Origin: Candidatus Melainabacteria bacterium
GTDB taxonomy: Bacteria > Cyanobacteriota > Vampirovibrionia > 2-02-FULL-35-15
NCBI GenBank assembly: GCA_016201905.1
Contig: JACQBQ010000001.1
Span: 3,405-67,404 of the forward strand
Direction of reading: 5' to 3'
DNA length: 64,000 nucleotides
The notes under the pieces are model-generated. The model searched no databases. It was given only the letters and a program-made list of their open reading frames with translations, and had not been told where the DNA came from. The translations under genes were made by a program, and so were the position numbers. Each line of letters starts with the position of its first letter. The stretch's first letter is position 1. Below are positions 39,556 through 48,129 of the stretch, in pieces.

Positions 39556-40641
39556 TTAGTTCTCAGCAACTCTAAGAGCAATAGTTTTTTGTTCGATTTT
39601 CTTTTTAATTTTTGGCAGCATGTTTATTGCTTCTTCTTCGCCTACTTTAATTGCTTTTGCAAGACTTACTTTATCAAGGTTTAATATGCCCACTTCTTTT
39701 AAGTCCGGGCTTATAACAATATCTGCTTTATCCAGAGCTGCCTCTGACTGTGCCCTTAATCCAAGACCAATAACACGGATAATAATGCCTTCAAAAGATC
39801 TAAAGTTTTCTGATTTTATTTCTTCAAGCTTTCTATCGACATCCACAGCAATAACAATATCTGCTCCCATTTTTTTTGCCTCATCAACAGGAATATTTTT
39901 TAAAATCCCGCCATCGACAAGTAGCTGGTTGTTAATCGGAATTGGCTGACGCAGTGTAGGTATTGAAGTGCTTGCCTGAACTGCAAGGCCAACATCCCCG
40001 GATTTTATTACCACTGGCAAGCCACTAATTAAATCAACTGCAATAATGTGTAATGGAATACTTATGTTAATTGTTCCATCTTTTTTTGAAATCAGTTGGT
40101 TTACAAAATGATGTAATCTATGGTCATTATATAAGCCAGCATAAAAAGGTTTTCCTACAATAGTCCGAAATCCTCTATTTAGATAGAGGAAAAATGCTCT
40201 AAAGATAGAAAAATCTGTTTTATATACTTTTGTTATTGCACCTGTTAAAACCTGCTCTTCAATTTCATCTGGACTTAGTCCTCCTGAATATAGTGCTGCA
40301 ATTAAAGCTCCAGCACTAGTACCGACAAGGTAATCAACAGGAATATTTTCTCTTTCAAGAACTCTTAAAACACCAATTTGTGCAGCACCACGTGCGCCAC
40401 CACCGCCCAACGCTAATCCAATCTTTGGTCTTATTACAGAACTATTTTTTGCAAGGGCAGATGAGGTAGTAAAAATGAGTAGAAAGCAAAGAAAAAGAGA
40501 AAAGTTCTTTACGTCATTGCGAGGAGTGAAAAGACGTTGCATGCAACGTCTCCACGGCAATCTCCCAAACGTTAATGAGATTGCTTCGTCGTCCGCCTGG
40601 GCGGACTCCTCGCAATGACGTGTCACATTTTTTTTCTTCAC
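39556..40641 (-). CDS. Patatin-like phospholipase
   Basis: GGGARGAAQIG, GTSAGAL (catalytic Ser) and VDGGILKN (catalytic Asp). The first ~35 codons, including both candidate start ATGs at 40641 and 40542, come from a GC-rich repeat element. Confidence 0.8.
   Translation of the reverse strand: MKKKNVTRHCEESAQADDEAISLTFGRLPWRRCMQRLFTPRNDVKNFSLFLCFLLIFTTSSALAKNSSVIRPKIGLALGGGGARGAAQIGVLRVLERENIPVDYLVGTSAGALIAALYSGGLSPDEIEEQVLTGAITKVYKTDFSIFRAFFLYLNRGFRTIVGKPFYAGLYNDHRLHHFVNQLISKKDGTINISIPLHIIAVDLISGLPVVIKSGDVGLAVQASTSIPTLRQPIPINNQLLVDGGILKNIPVDEAKKMGADIVIAVDVDRKLEEIKSENFRSFEGIIIRVIGLGLRAQSEAALDKADIVISPDLKEVGILNLDKVSLAKAIKVGEEEAINMLPKIKKKIEQKTIALRVAEN
40513..40619. repeat. GC-rich palindromic mini-element, copy 2 (GTCATTGCGAGGAG...CTCCTCGCAATGAC), forming the 5' coding end of the patatin gene
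   Basis: Perfect 14-nt terminal inverted repeats. Internal palindromes GACGTTGCATGCAACGTC and GTCCGCCTGGGCGGAC. Confidence 0.8.
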
Positions 40642-40644
40642 ACT

Positions 40645-41217
40645 TTATACCCCAATAAAACCATTTTCTTTTAACCACTTTAAAATTTTATCAGCGCTTT
40701 CTTCTGGACTTTGTTTATCAGTCTCGACAATAATTTCAGGATTTAAGGGCTCTTCATATGGATCGGATATCCCTGTAAATTGGGGCAACTCACCTGCCCT
40801 TGCTTTTTTGTATAAACCTTTTACATCTCTTTTTTCTGCAACTTCAAGTGGGCATTTTGCATAGACTTCTACAAAGTTTTCATGTAGGTTTCTTACTTCA
40901 TTTCTGATTTCCCTATATGGCGAGATGGCAGCAGTAACAGCAATGACGCCGTTTCTTGAGAGAAGACTTGCAACATATCCGATTCTTCTGATGTTTGCGT
41001 CGCGATCTTCTTTACTAAAACCAAGACCTTTACTTAGGTGGGTTCTAACAACATCACCGTCCAGAATTTCAATTTTTAGTCCTTGGGTTTTAAATCTTTT
41101 TTCAAGTATGTCAGCTATGGTAGATTTTCCTGCACCTGATAATCCTGTAAACCACAGGGTAAAGCCTATTTGTGTTTTGCTTGATTTTTTGCTTGTTTCA
41201 GTCGTTATGGAATTCAT
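40645..41217 (-). CDS. cysC: Adenylylsulfate (APS) kinase
   Basis: P-loop [18 protein letters not shown] and the full APS-kinase fold. No sulfate adenylyltransferase is adjacent. Confidence 0.9.
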   Translation of the reverse strand: MNSITTETSKKSSKTQIGFTLWFTGLSGAGKSTIADILEKRFKTQGLKIEILDGDVVRTHLSKGLGFSKEDRDANIRRIGYVASLLSRNGVIAVTAAISPYREIRNEVRNLHENFVEVYAKCPLEVAEKRDVKGLYKKARAGELPQFTGISDPYEEPLNPEIIVETDKQSPEESADKILKWLKENGFIGV

Positions 41218-41245
41218 TTTTATATATTACTATACTCTTTGTTTT

Positions 41246-41878
41246 TTATTCTTGGTTTTCTTTTTTTTCTTCTTTTTCTTCTTTTTCTTCTTCCTTGATA
41301 GATACTGATACAAGAGCCGGCCTGATTACTTTTTTATTTAATGTATAGCCTTTTTTTAAGACCTGCATTACTGTGTGGTCTGGAAGCTCATTTGTGGGAA
41401 CCTGATGAAGAGGTTCATGATAAAAAGGATCAAAAGGTATTCCTGTTTCATCTATTGGATCCAATCCTATATCTTTTAAGCATTTTAATAACATCTCAAA
41501 AACCAAATTAAAGTCTTCAACTATTTTTTCAGTTTTTGAATCTGGCTTTACGGCAGATTTTGCATAATCAAAAGTATCCAGCGCTGGTAAAAGTACTTCA
41601 ATGGTTTTTTGAGCAGCAAATTTATAAAGCTCTTCTTTTTCCTGAGTAGTTCTCTTTTGAAGGTTTTGGTAATCGGCCAAAAGTCTAAGATACTGATTTT
41701 CTGTGCTTATAAGTTTTTCTTTAATTTTTTGAAGTTCCTCTACTGAGATATCTGGTTTTTCTAAATTTTGGTTTAAGGGTTGTTCTTCTTCTTTTATTTG
41801 ATTAGAAGGTTCTAGGGTTTCATTTGGTTGATTCATTTCTTTTTCTTCCTTTTTTCTTTCTTTATTATCCTTTGACAT
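41246..41878 (-). CDS. grpE: Nucleotide exchange factor GrpE with E/K-rich low-complexity termini
   Basis: Core LLPALDTFDYA and the C-terminal beta-domain. N- and C-terminal (GAA/AAG)n-encoded EEKEEKEEK tails. Confidence 0.8.
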   Translation of the reverse strand: MSKDNKERKKEEKEMNQPNETLEPSNQIKEEEQPLNQNLEKPDISVEELQKIKEKLISTENQYLRLLADYQNLQKRTTQEKEELYKFAAQKTIEVLLPALDTFDYAKSAVKPDSKTEKIVEDFNLVFEMLLKCLKDIGLDPIDETGIPFDPFYHEPLHQVPTNELPDHTVMQVLKKGYTLNKKVIRPALVSVSIKEEEKEEKEEKKENQE

Positions 41879-42015
41879 GGCTAATCCCTTTATAAATTTA
41901 GCTAAATTTTAACTTTTTTTAGTAATGACCCCGCCTACTTCAAAACCTTTTCATAACCTTTATGTAGGATTCTATTACCCATCAGGACAGAGCCAGTAAC
42001 TCAAAAGAGGGAAAT

Positions 42016-42495
42016 ATGAAGACAAATACACATGAAGAAATATCATTTACCAATTGCTACGCTGGTATTTATTTAAATAAGAAGGAAGGGACAATAGCTG
42101 TAGACTTTAAATCGTCTGAAATTGTTCTATACCTAAATACATCTTTATATCAATCCTTTGCCTGGCTTTTAAGCAGCGCTAGCGAGTCCAAAGAATTAAT
42201 GGATTTTGTAACCTGGACAATAGATCCTAAGTCTGCCAGTAGAAATGCTTTAATTGAAGTTCACGGGCCGGAGCATGCAGCATGTTTGATTTGCTCACCT
42301 TTGCATGAAAGGGTTCAATTAAATTTAGAAATAGGGCTTTCAATAGATCTTAAGTTTACTGATTTTAAAGGTTTAACTGAGCTTATAAAAGAAGCACAAA
42401 ACGATCTGGAGTGGAGACGTCAGCTTTTACAATGGACCCTTGAAAGAGATATAAGAGATCATCAAAGCGACAGCAAAGATAGAAAAGCAATATAA
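42016..42495 (+). CDS. Hypothetical protein (159 aa)
   Basis: ORF with balanced composition. No domain recognised. Confidence 0.4.
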   Translation: MKTNTHEEISFTNCYAGIYLNKKEGTIAVDFKSSEIVLYLNTSLYQSFAWLLSSASESKELMDFVTWTIDPKSASRNALIEVHGPEHAACLICSPLHERVQLNLEIGLSIDLKFTDFKGLTELIKEAQNDLEWRRQLLQWTLERDIRDHQSDSKDRKAI

Positions 42496-42636
42496 AAAGA
42501 GAATTTAAGCTAGCTGGGAAATCTGCTATAGGGATTTTGAGGTGAGCTTTAGGTCCATAGGAATATTTATTGTATCTATTTTCTTTCCGGACTTAATTGT
42601 ATAATATAAAAAATGAGTTGCAAACGGTTTACAAAT

Positions 42637-42745
42637 ATCGGATTTGAGTGATTTTCCACCTGAGGCGGACCAGCCTTTGGCTGGATTCACCAAATCCGAT
42701 CCTGTGAAAGGGATCGACAGAAGGAAGGTTCAACTTGTTTGAACC
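42637..42745 (+). promoter_or_regulatory. Structured, comparatively GC-rich 5' leader upstream of the PDRP-ppdK operon (nested hairpins)
   Basis: A 10-bp perfect stem ATCGGATTTG/CAAATCCGAT (+4 bp after a bulge) encloses CCAGCC-TTT-GGCTGG. A GGTTCAA-CTTG-TTGAACC hairpin sits 16 nt before the ATG. Confidence 0.35.
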
Positions 42746-42761
42746 TATATAAATAAAAGAA

Positions 42762-43568
42762 ATGTTTAAGGTTTACACGCTATCGGACTCCAGCGGTGAA
42801 ACAGCTGAGCTTGTTGCCAAATCAGCTTTAAGTCAGTTTGAATCTTATAAGACAGAGATTCACAGGCTTCCTCAGGTTAGATCAGCTGAACAGGTAAAAG
42901 AGCTTTTTTCAAATGAAATAAAATCCCCAGCTATTATAGTTTATACATTAGTTTTACCTGAAGTCAGGCAGGCGCTAATTGAACAAGCTCAAAAGCACTC
43001 AATACCTATTTATGATGTGCTTGGGGATTTAGTTAGCAAATTAGAAGGCATTCTTCATGCCCCGCCTTTGCGTGAACCTGGTCTTAGATTAAAAGTCGAT
43101 CAATCTTATTTCAATAGGATGGATGCAATTCACTATGCGATTAAGTTTGATGATGGTCAGAGTTTAAATGGAATTGAAAGTGCTGATGTGGTTTTAATAG
43201 GTGTATCAAGAACTGGTAAAACACCAAGCTGTATGTATCTAGCACAACACTATGGCTTAAAAGCAGCAAATATTCCAATTGTTTCTGGAGTTGAACTACC
43301 CAAAAAATTGTTTCAGGTTCCAAGCAGTAAAATCATAGGACTAATGTGTGATCCTTTAATTTTACAGTCATTTAGAAGTACAAGAGCAAGCTCACTTCAA
43401 ATGGATTATAGTTCTGAGTATTGTGATTTTGATCATATTACAAAAGAAGTTGAACATTCAAAAAAAATCTTTCGTGACTTAAAATGTGAAGTGGTAGATA
43501 TGACAAATAGAGCTGTAGAAGAAACTGCAGTTGAGATAGTAGCAAAATTGCAACTAGTAAAGAAATGA
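42762..43568 (+). CDS. Pyruvate, phosphate dikinase regulatory protein (PDRP, DUF299, bifunctional kinase/pyrophosphorylase)
   Basis: P-loop VLIGVSRTGKTP plus family-wide similarity. Stop overlaps the ppdK start. Confidence 0.85.
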   Translation: MFKVYTLSDSSGETAELVAKSALSQFESYKTEIHRLPQVRSAEQVKELFSNEIKSPAIIVYTLVLPEVRQALIEQAQKHSIPIYDVLGDLVSKLEGILHAPPLREPGLRLKVDQSYFNRMDAIHYAIKFDDGQSLNGIESADVVLIGVSRTGKTPSCMYLAQHYGLKAANIPIVSGVELPKKLFQVPSSKIIGLMCDPLILQSFRSTRASSLQMDYSSEYCDFDHITKEVEHSKKIFRDLKCEVVDMTNRAVEETAVEIVAKLQLVKK

Positions 43569-46243
43569 AAAAAGTTTTCTTGTTTTCTGAAGCATTTAAA
43601 GCTTTTAATGGTGATGATTCCTTAATGCGTGAATATCTTGGCGGTAAAGGTACTGGCTTAGCCCAGATGACTAATGCAGGACTTAATGTGCCACCTGGAT
43701 TGACCATTACTACTAAAGCATGTGTGGAATACATGCAGAGTAAAAACATGTTTCCGCAAGGACTTTTTGATGAAATATTAGAAAAGTTGTCAGTTATCGA
43801 AGGTGAGCTGGGAAAAAAATTAGGTGATAAAAATAAACCGCTTTTAGTATCTGTCCGCTCTGGTGCCAGATTTTCAATGCCGGGCATGATGGATACAGTT
43901 TTAAATCTGGGTTTAAACGATGAAACTGTTGTAGGACTTGCCAAAGCTACTGCTAATGAGCGTTTTGCACTGGATAGCTATAGAAGGTTTATCCAGATGT
44001 TCGGTGATATTGTACTTGGGATTAATAAAGAATCCTTTGAGAGAGTTTTAACTGACTTTAAATCAAAAACAAAAATAACTTCAGATGCCCAGTTAGACGT
44101 CAGTGTATTGAAGGAGATAATTAAAGAGTTTAAAAACATTGTAAAAGAAAAAACAAAAAATGATTTTGTGCAGGATGTAAAAATCCAGCTTAAACTTGCT
44201 ATTGAAGCGGTTTTCAAATCCTGGAATAATCCCCGTGCCAAGTACTATAGAAAGTTAAATAAAATACCTGATGAGTCTGGAACTGCTGTAAGTGTTCAGG
44301 CAATGGTCTTTGGAAATATGGGCGATGATTCTGCAACTGGTGTTGCATTTACAAGAAATCCATCTACCGGGGAAGCTGAGCTTTATGGCGAATATTTGAT
44401 CTGTGCTCAGGGAGAAGATGTAGTAAGTGGCATCAGAACGCCAAAAAAAATAAGCGAAATGGGTAAAGAGCTGCCAAGTGTCTATAAACAATTTACCGAA
44501 TGTGCAAAAAAAATGGAAACTTACTATAGAGATGTTCAGGATATTGAGTTTACGATTGAATCTGGAAGGCTTTGGGTTTTACAGACAAGAGCAGCTAAAA
44601 GAACAGCACAAGCCTCTGTAAAAATTGCAGTTGATTTTGTCAGTGATAAAATTATCTCAAAAGAAGAAGCAATAACCAGAATTGATCCTGTGATCTTAAA
44701 TCAGTTTTTATTAAAAAGCTTTAACCCGAAAGCAAAAGAGCTTGCTCAAAAAGAAGGAAAACTACTTGCAGTTGGTTTAAATGCATCTCCAGGTGCAGCG
44801 ATTGGAAAAATTGTTTTTAATCCTGATGAATCTGAAAAACTTTCTTTAGCCGGGCAAAAAGTTATTTTAATAAGAGTAGAAACATGCCCTGATGACATTC
44901 ATGGAATAGTGTCTGCCGAGGGTGTTCTAACAAGTCGTGGTGGCATGACGAGCCATGCAGCAGTGGTAGCACGTGGCATGGGAAAACCATGTGTTGTTGG
45001 CTGTGAGGCTTTAAAGATTGATCTGGAAAAAGAAATTGTTTCAAGCAATGGTTACATTTTAAAAAAAGGAGATTTAATTTCTATCGATGGTTCTACTGGA
45101 CAGGTTTTTACTGGTGACATAGAGACTCAAGAACCAAAGATGAGTAAAGAACTTAAAACTTTGCTTTTGTGGGCAGATGAAATTAAAAAGCTTGGTGTTA
45201 GAGCAAATGCAGATACACCGACTGATGCTAAAAGAGCCTTGGACTTTGGGGCTTGCGGCATTGGGCTTTGCAGAACAGAGCATATGTTTATGCAGCAGGA
45301 GCGTTTAGTCTGGGTACAGAAGATGATTATGGCAAGCACTCACAGCGAAAGAGAAGAAGCCTTAAAAAAACTTTTGCCTTTTCAAAAACAAGATTTTAAA
45401 GATATTTTTAAAGTAATGGCAGGGCTTCCAGTAACTATTAGACTTTTGGATCCACCGCTACATGAGTTTTTGCCAAAACGTGATGAATTAATTGCTCAGG
45501 TGGGTGACTTAAAGTGTAAAGGACTTGATTATTCAAAAGAAGAAAAACTTTTAAATAAAGTCAGACATCTTCATGAAGTAAATCCAATGATGGGCTTACG
45601 TGGCTGTAGGCTGGGGATTTCTTATCCGGAAATAAATAAAATGCAGGTTGAGGCAATCTTTGAAGCAGCTTGTGAACTTGTGCAGGAAAAAATTGATGTA
45701 AAAGTAGAGATAATGATTCCGTTAATTAGTGAAGCAAAAGAACTAAAGCATGTTAAAGATCAACTTGAAAATACTGCAAAAGAAATTATGGAAAAATATA
45801 AAACACAAATTGATTATAAATTTGGCACGATGATTGAGGTTCCACGTGCTGCACTGACTGCTTATGAAATAGCTGAACATGCTGAGTTTTTTAGTTTTGG
45901 GACAAATGATCTGACTCAGATGACATTTGCTTTTAGCCGTGATGATGCAGAAGGCAACTTTTTACCCAAATACATTGAAACAAAAATCTTACCTGAAAAC
46001 CCATTTGAAGTTTTGGATACAAAAGGAGTAGGACGTCTTATGAGAATAGCTGTTGAAGACGGTAGAAAAAAAAGAAAAGATTTAAAGATTGGAATATGCG
46101 GAGAGCATGGCGGTGAACCTAAATCCATATCTTTTGCAAATGAGTTAGGTCTTGACTATGTAAGCTGTTCACCGTTTCGTATTCCTATAGCTAGATTAGC
46201 TGCAGCACAAGCTTGTTTGAAAGTAAAAGAGAGAGATAAGTAA
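43565..46243 (+). CDS. ppdK: Pyruvate, phosphate dikinase
   Basis: GGKGTGLAQM (ATP-grasp), catalytic His region GGMTSHAAVVARGMGKPCV, and the PEP-utilising C-terminal TIM barrel (GLCRTEHMF, NDLTQ). Confidence 0.95.
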   Translation: MKKVFLFSEAFKAFNGDDSLMREYLGGKGTGLAQMTNAGLNVPPGLTITTKACVEYMQSKNMFPQGLFDEILEKLSVIEGELGKKLGDKNKPLLVSVRSGARFSMPGMMDTVLNLGLNDETVVGLAKATANERFALDSYRRFIQMFGDIVLGINKESFERVLTDFKSKTKITSDAQLDVSVLKEIIKEFKNIVKEKTKNDFVQDVKIQLKLAIEAVFKSWNNPRAKYYRKLNKIPDESGTAVSVQAMVFGNMGDDSATGVAFTRNPSTGEAELYGEYLICAQGEDVVSGIRTPKKISEMGKELPSVYKQFTECAKKMETYYRDVQDIEFTIESGRLWVLQTRAAKRTAQASVKIAVDFVSDKIISKEEAITRIDPVILNQFLLKSFNPKAKELAQKEGKLLAVGLNASPGAAIGKIVFNPDESEKLSLAGQKVILIRVETCPDDIHGIVSAEGVLTSRGGMTSHAAVVARGMGKPCVVGCEALKIDLEKEIVSSNGYILKKGDLISIDGSTGQVFTGDIETQEPKMSKELKTLLLWADEIKKLGVRANADTPTDAKRALDFGACGIGLCRTEHMFMQQERLVWVQKMIMASTHSEREEALKKLLPFQKQDFKDIFKVMAGLPVTIRLLDPPLHEFLPKRDELIAQVGDLKCKGLDYSKEEKLLNKVRHLHEVNPMMGLRGCRLGISYPEINKMQVEAIFEAACELVQEKIDVKVEIMIPLISEAKELKHVKDQLENTAKEIMEKYKTQIDYKFGTMIEVPRAALTAYEIAEHAEFFSFGTNDLTQMTFAFSRDDAEGNFLPKYIETKILPENPFEVLDTKGVGRLMRIAVEDGRKKRKDLKIGICGEHGGEPKSISFANELGLDYVSCSPFRIPIARLAAAQACLKVKERDK

Positions 46244-46294
46244 TTTATGTTATTTGTGAATAGTAATTCATCAAACTAGTTCTTGCCATTGGTG

Positions 46295-47790
46295 CTAGTT
46301 GCAAGTATATTGATAAAACAAAGTTTTTTCAGGTTTTCCTATACCTTCTTTAGAAATTGTATAATTCTGTATTAAATAGATTTCAAATGATTTTATTTTC
46401 TTATCTTCTGGATGATTAGAGTTCCAGTCATTGCATAGAAATTTAGCATAAGAAGGCAAGTAATAAGGGTTATTTGGACCCCAGACAGTTGTTCTTAAAA
46501 TATAAACTAACCAGTAGTGGTTCTTAAAAATAGCTGAAAGATTTTTGGATTTTTCCCAGCTAACTGGTTGTCCATTTCTAAACAAATCAACTTCTTCTCC
46601 ATTTTTAAGTTTTGCAGGAATTACAGGCCATGTGCTGTATCTCTGTATAGGTGAAAACATATTCCATTTTTGTTCTATTAAAAGTGATTTTCCTATCCAC
46701 TTATATTTTTCAGGGATTAACTGTTTTGAACAAAGCCCTCCTAAGTTCCAAAGGAATATATATGTTATAAAAAATAACGATAAGAAATTTGCAATTGGTA
46801 AATTTTTTAAGTCAGCAAAATTATTACCTGTAAACTTAGAATTAGTCATTTTATCCCAAAAAACAGGAGGTATAAAAATAAACAAAGCTGCAATATCAAC
46901 AAAATGAAATAAGCCTAAATTAAAAAAAATAGAAAAAATTAAGTGTAAACAAATAAGCACTGTTACTGCAAAAAGACGAATTAATCCATTCTTTCTAGGA
47001 GCCAATAGGAATAACGGCAAAATGACTTCAGCCAAGACTATTGCATAAGTAAGAAATGTTAAAAAGTTCTTAGGAAGGTTCAAAAGAAAAGATGCTGCTG
47101 GTCTTGCATATTGTGCTAGGTTTAAAGAAAAATATAATGCAGATCCATTTTGCCATTCAGAAGTCTGTAATTTACATGCAACTGAAAACCAATATATAAA
47201 TAAAACTTGTAGAATGATTCCCATAGTGCAAAAAGATGCAATTTGCTTCGACAATTTTTTTTTATTAAAACCAAAAAAATTATCTAATGAATAACACTCT
47301 CCCATCGGCAAAAATAAGCTCCAGAAAAATAGCAATCTGAGCATTAGGTCTCCCCCTGAAAGAATGTGATCATTTCTGGCATGCAACGATATCAATAAAT
47401 ACCAACATATAAATGTTGTAATTCTAGTTTTAAATCCTAATATAAGAAGTAATGCAAATATTCCAGAAACAACAAATAGCATTACCTGTACAGAGTAGTC
47501 TCCGCTTATATCATAAATAGATGGTAGTAAAGGGTGTAATGAATAATAGCGTTCAATTTCTCTAGGAAAAATACCTTCATCTGTATAAAATGCTTTTATG
47601 TCAGAGGAACGAAGAACTAATTCAACAATAAATAATAAAGGCTATGCTTATCCTAAAAAGAGCAAGGGATCTTATATCAATGCCAAATAATTCGATGATT
47701 TTAGATTTAAATAGTGTTAAAATTTTTTTTCTCTCCTGGAATGCTCTTATACACTAGAGCAATTAAGAAAAATAAAAGTAGCAATTCCAT
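46295..47790 (-). pseudogene. HTTM-domain (vitamin K-dependent gamma-carboxylase-like) membrane protein gene, interrupted by two frameshifts near its 5' end. The intact C-terminal ORF is 46295..47482.
   Basis: The main ORF has LISLHARNDHILSGGDLMLRLLFFWSLFLPMGECYSLDN. Upstream, other frames encode IDIRSLALFRISIAFIIY and ELVLRSSDIKAFYTDEGIFPR, matching the HTTM N-terminus as recalled (RSLAAFRI...L.RL.D.EAFYSD.G.LPR). Frame changes sit at an A8 run (47723-47730) and a TTATT-rich run (about 47625-47640). Confidence 0.5.
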
Positions 47791-47805
47791 ATTTTATGAA
47801 TTATT

Positions 47806-48102
47806 CTATTCTTTGCTCATCTTGCCAATTACTTCTTTTATAATCTTTACACCCTTATATTCATCTGGTAGTTTTTTTAATGAATCATTTGTTTCTCCAT
47901 AAATAAAGATAACCCAATTAGTTTTCTTACTATTAGGATCTTTAACTTTATCCCATCCATAACTAATATCCTGTCTTCCTTTGAAAAACTTTTTCTCATA
48001 TTCTTCAGCTAATTTTTCTATTTCTTTCTTTGTAAGATTTTTGCTATGGTTTGCTTTATTAATATTGGATGGATTTGTAGAGTCCTTTGGTATTTTTGGC
48101 AT
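47806..48102 (-). CDS. Hypothetical 98-aa hydrophilic protein
   Basis: Perfect AAGGAG lies 8 nt before the ATG. Same strand, between the HdrDE-like and HTTM genes. Confidence 0.5.
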   Translation of the reverse strand: MPKIPKDSTNPSNINKANHSKNLTKKEIEKLAEEYEKKFFKGRQDISYGWDKVKDPNSKKTNWVIFIYGETNDSLKKLPDEYKGVKIIKEVIGKMSKE

Positions 48103-48129
48103 TGTTAAGTCTCCTTTATTTATAATAAG

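Noticed and set aside
40925-41308. ORF ending in a poly-Phe tract
   Set aside because: Antisense translation of the GrpE (GAA/AAG)n region and the cysC 5' region; not a gene.
42700-42745. Possible SRP (4.5S) RNA because of a CAGAAGGAAGG stretch resembling the GGAAGGAAGCAGC domain IV motif
   Set aside because: Only a partial match. The flanking pairing partners of helix 8 and a GNRA-closed apex are not evident. More likely part of the ppdK leader.
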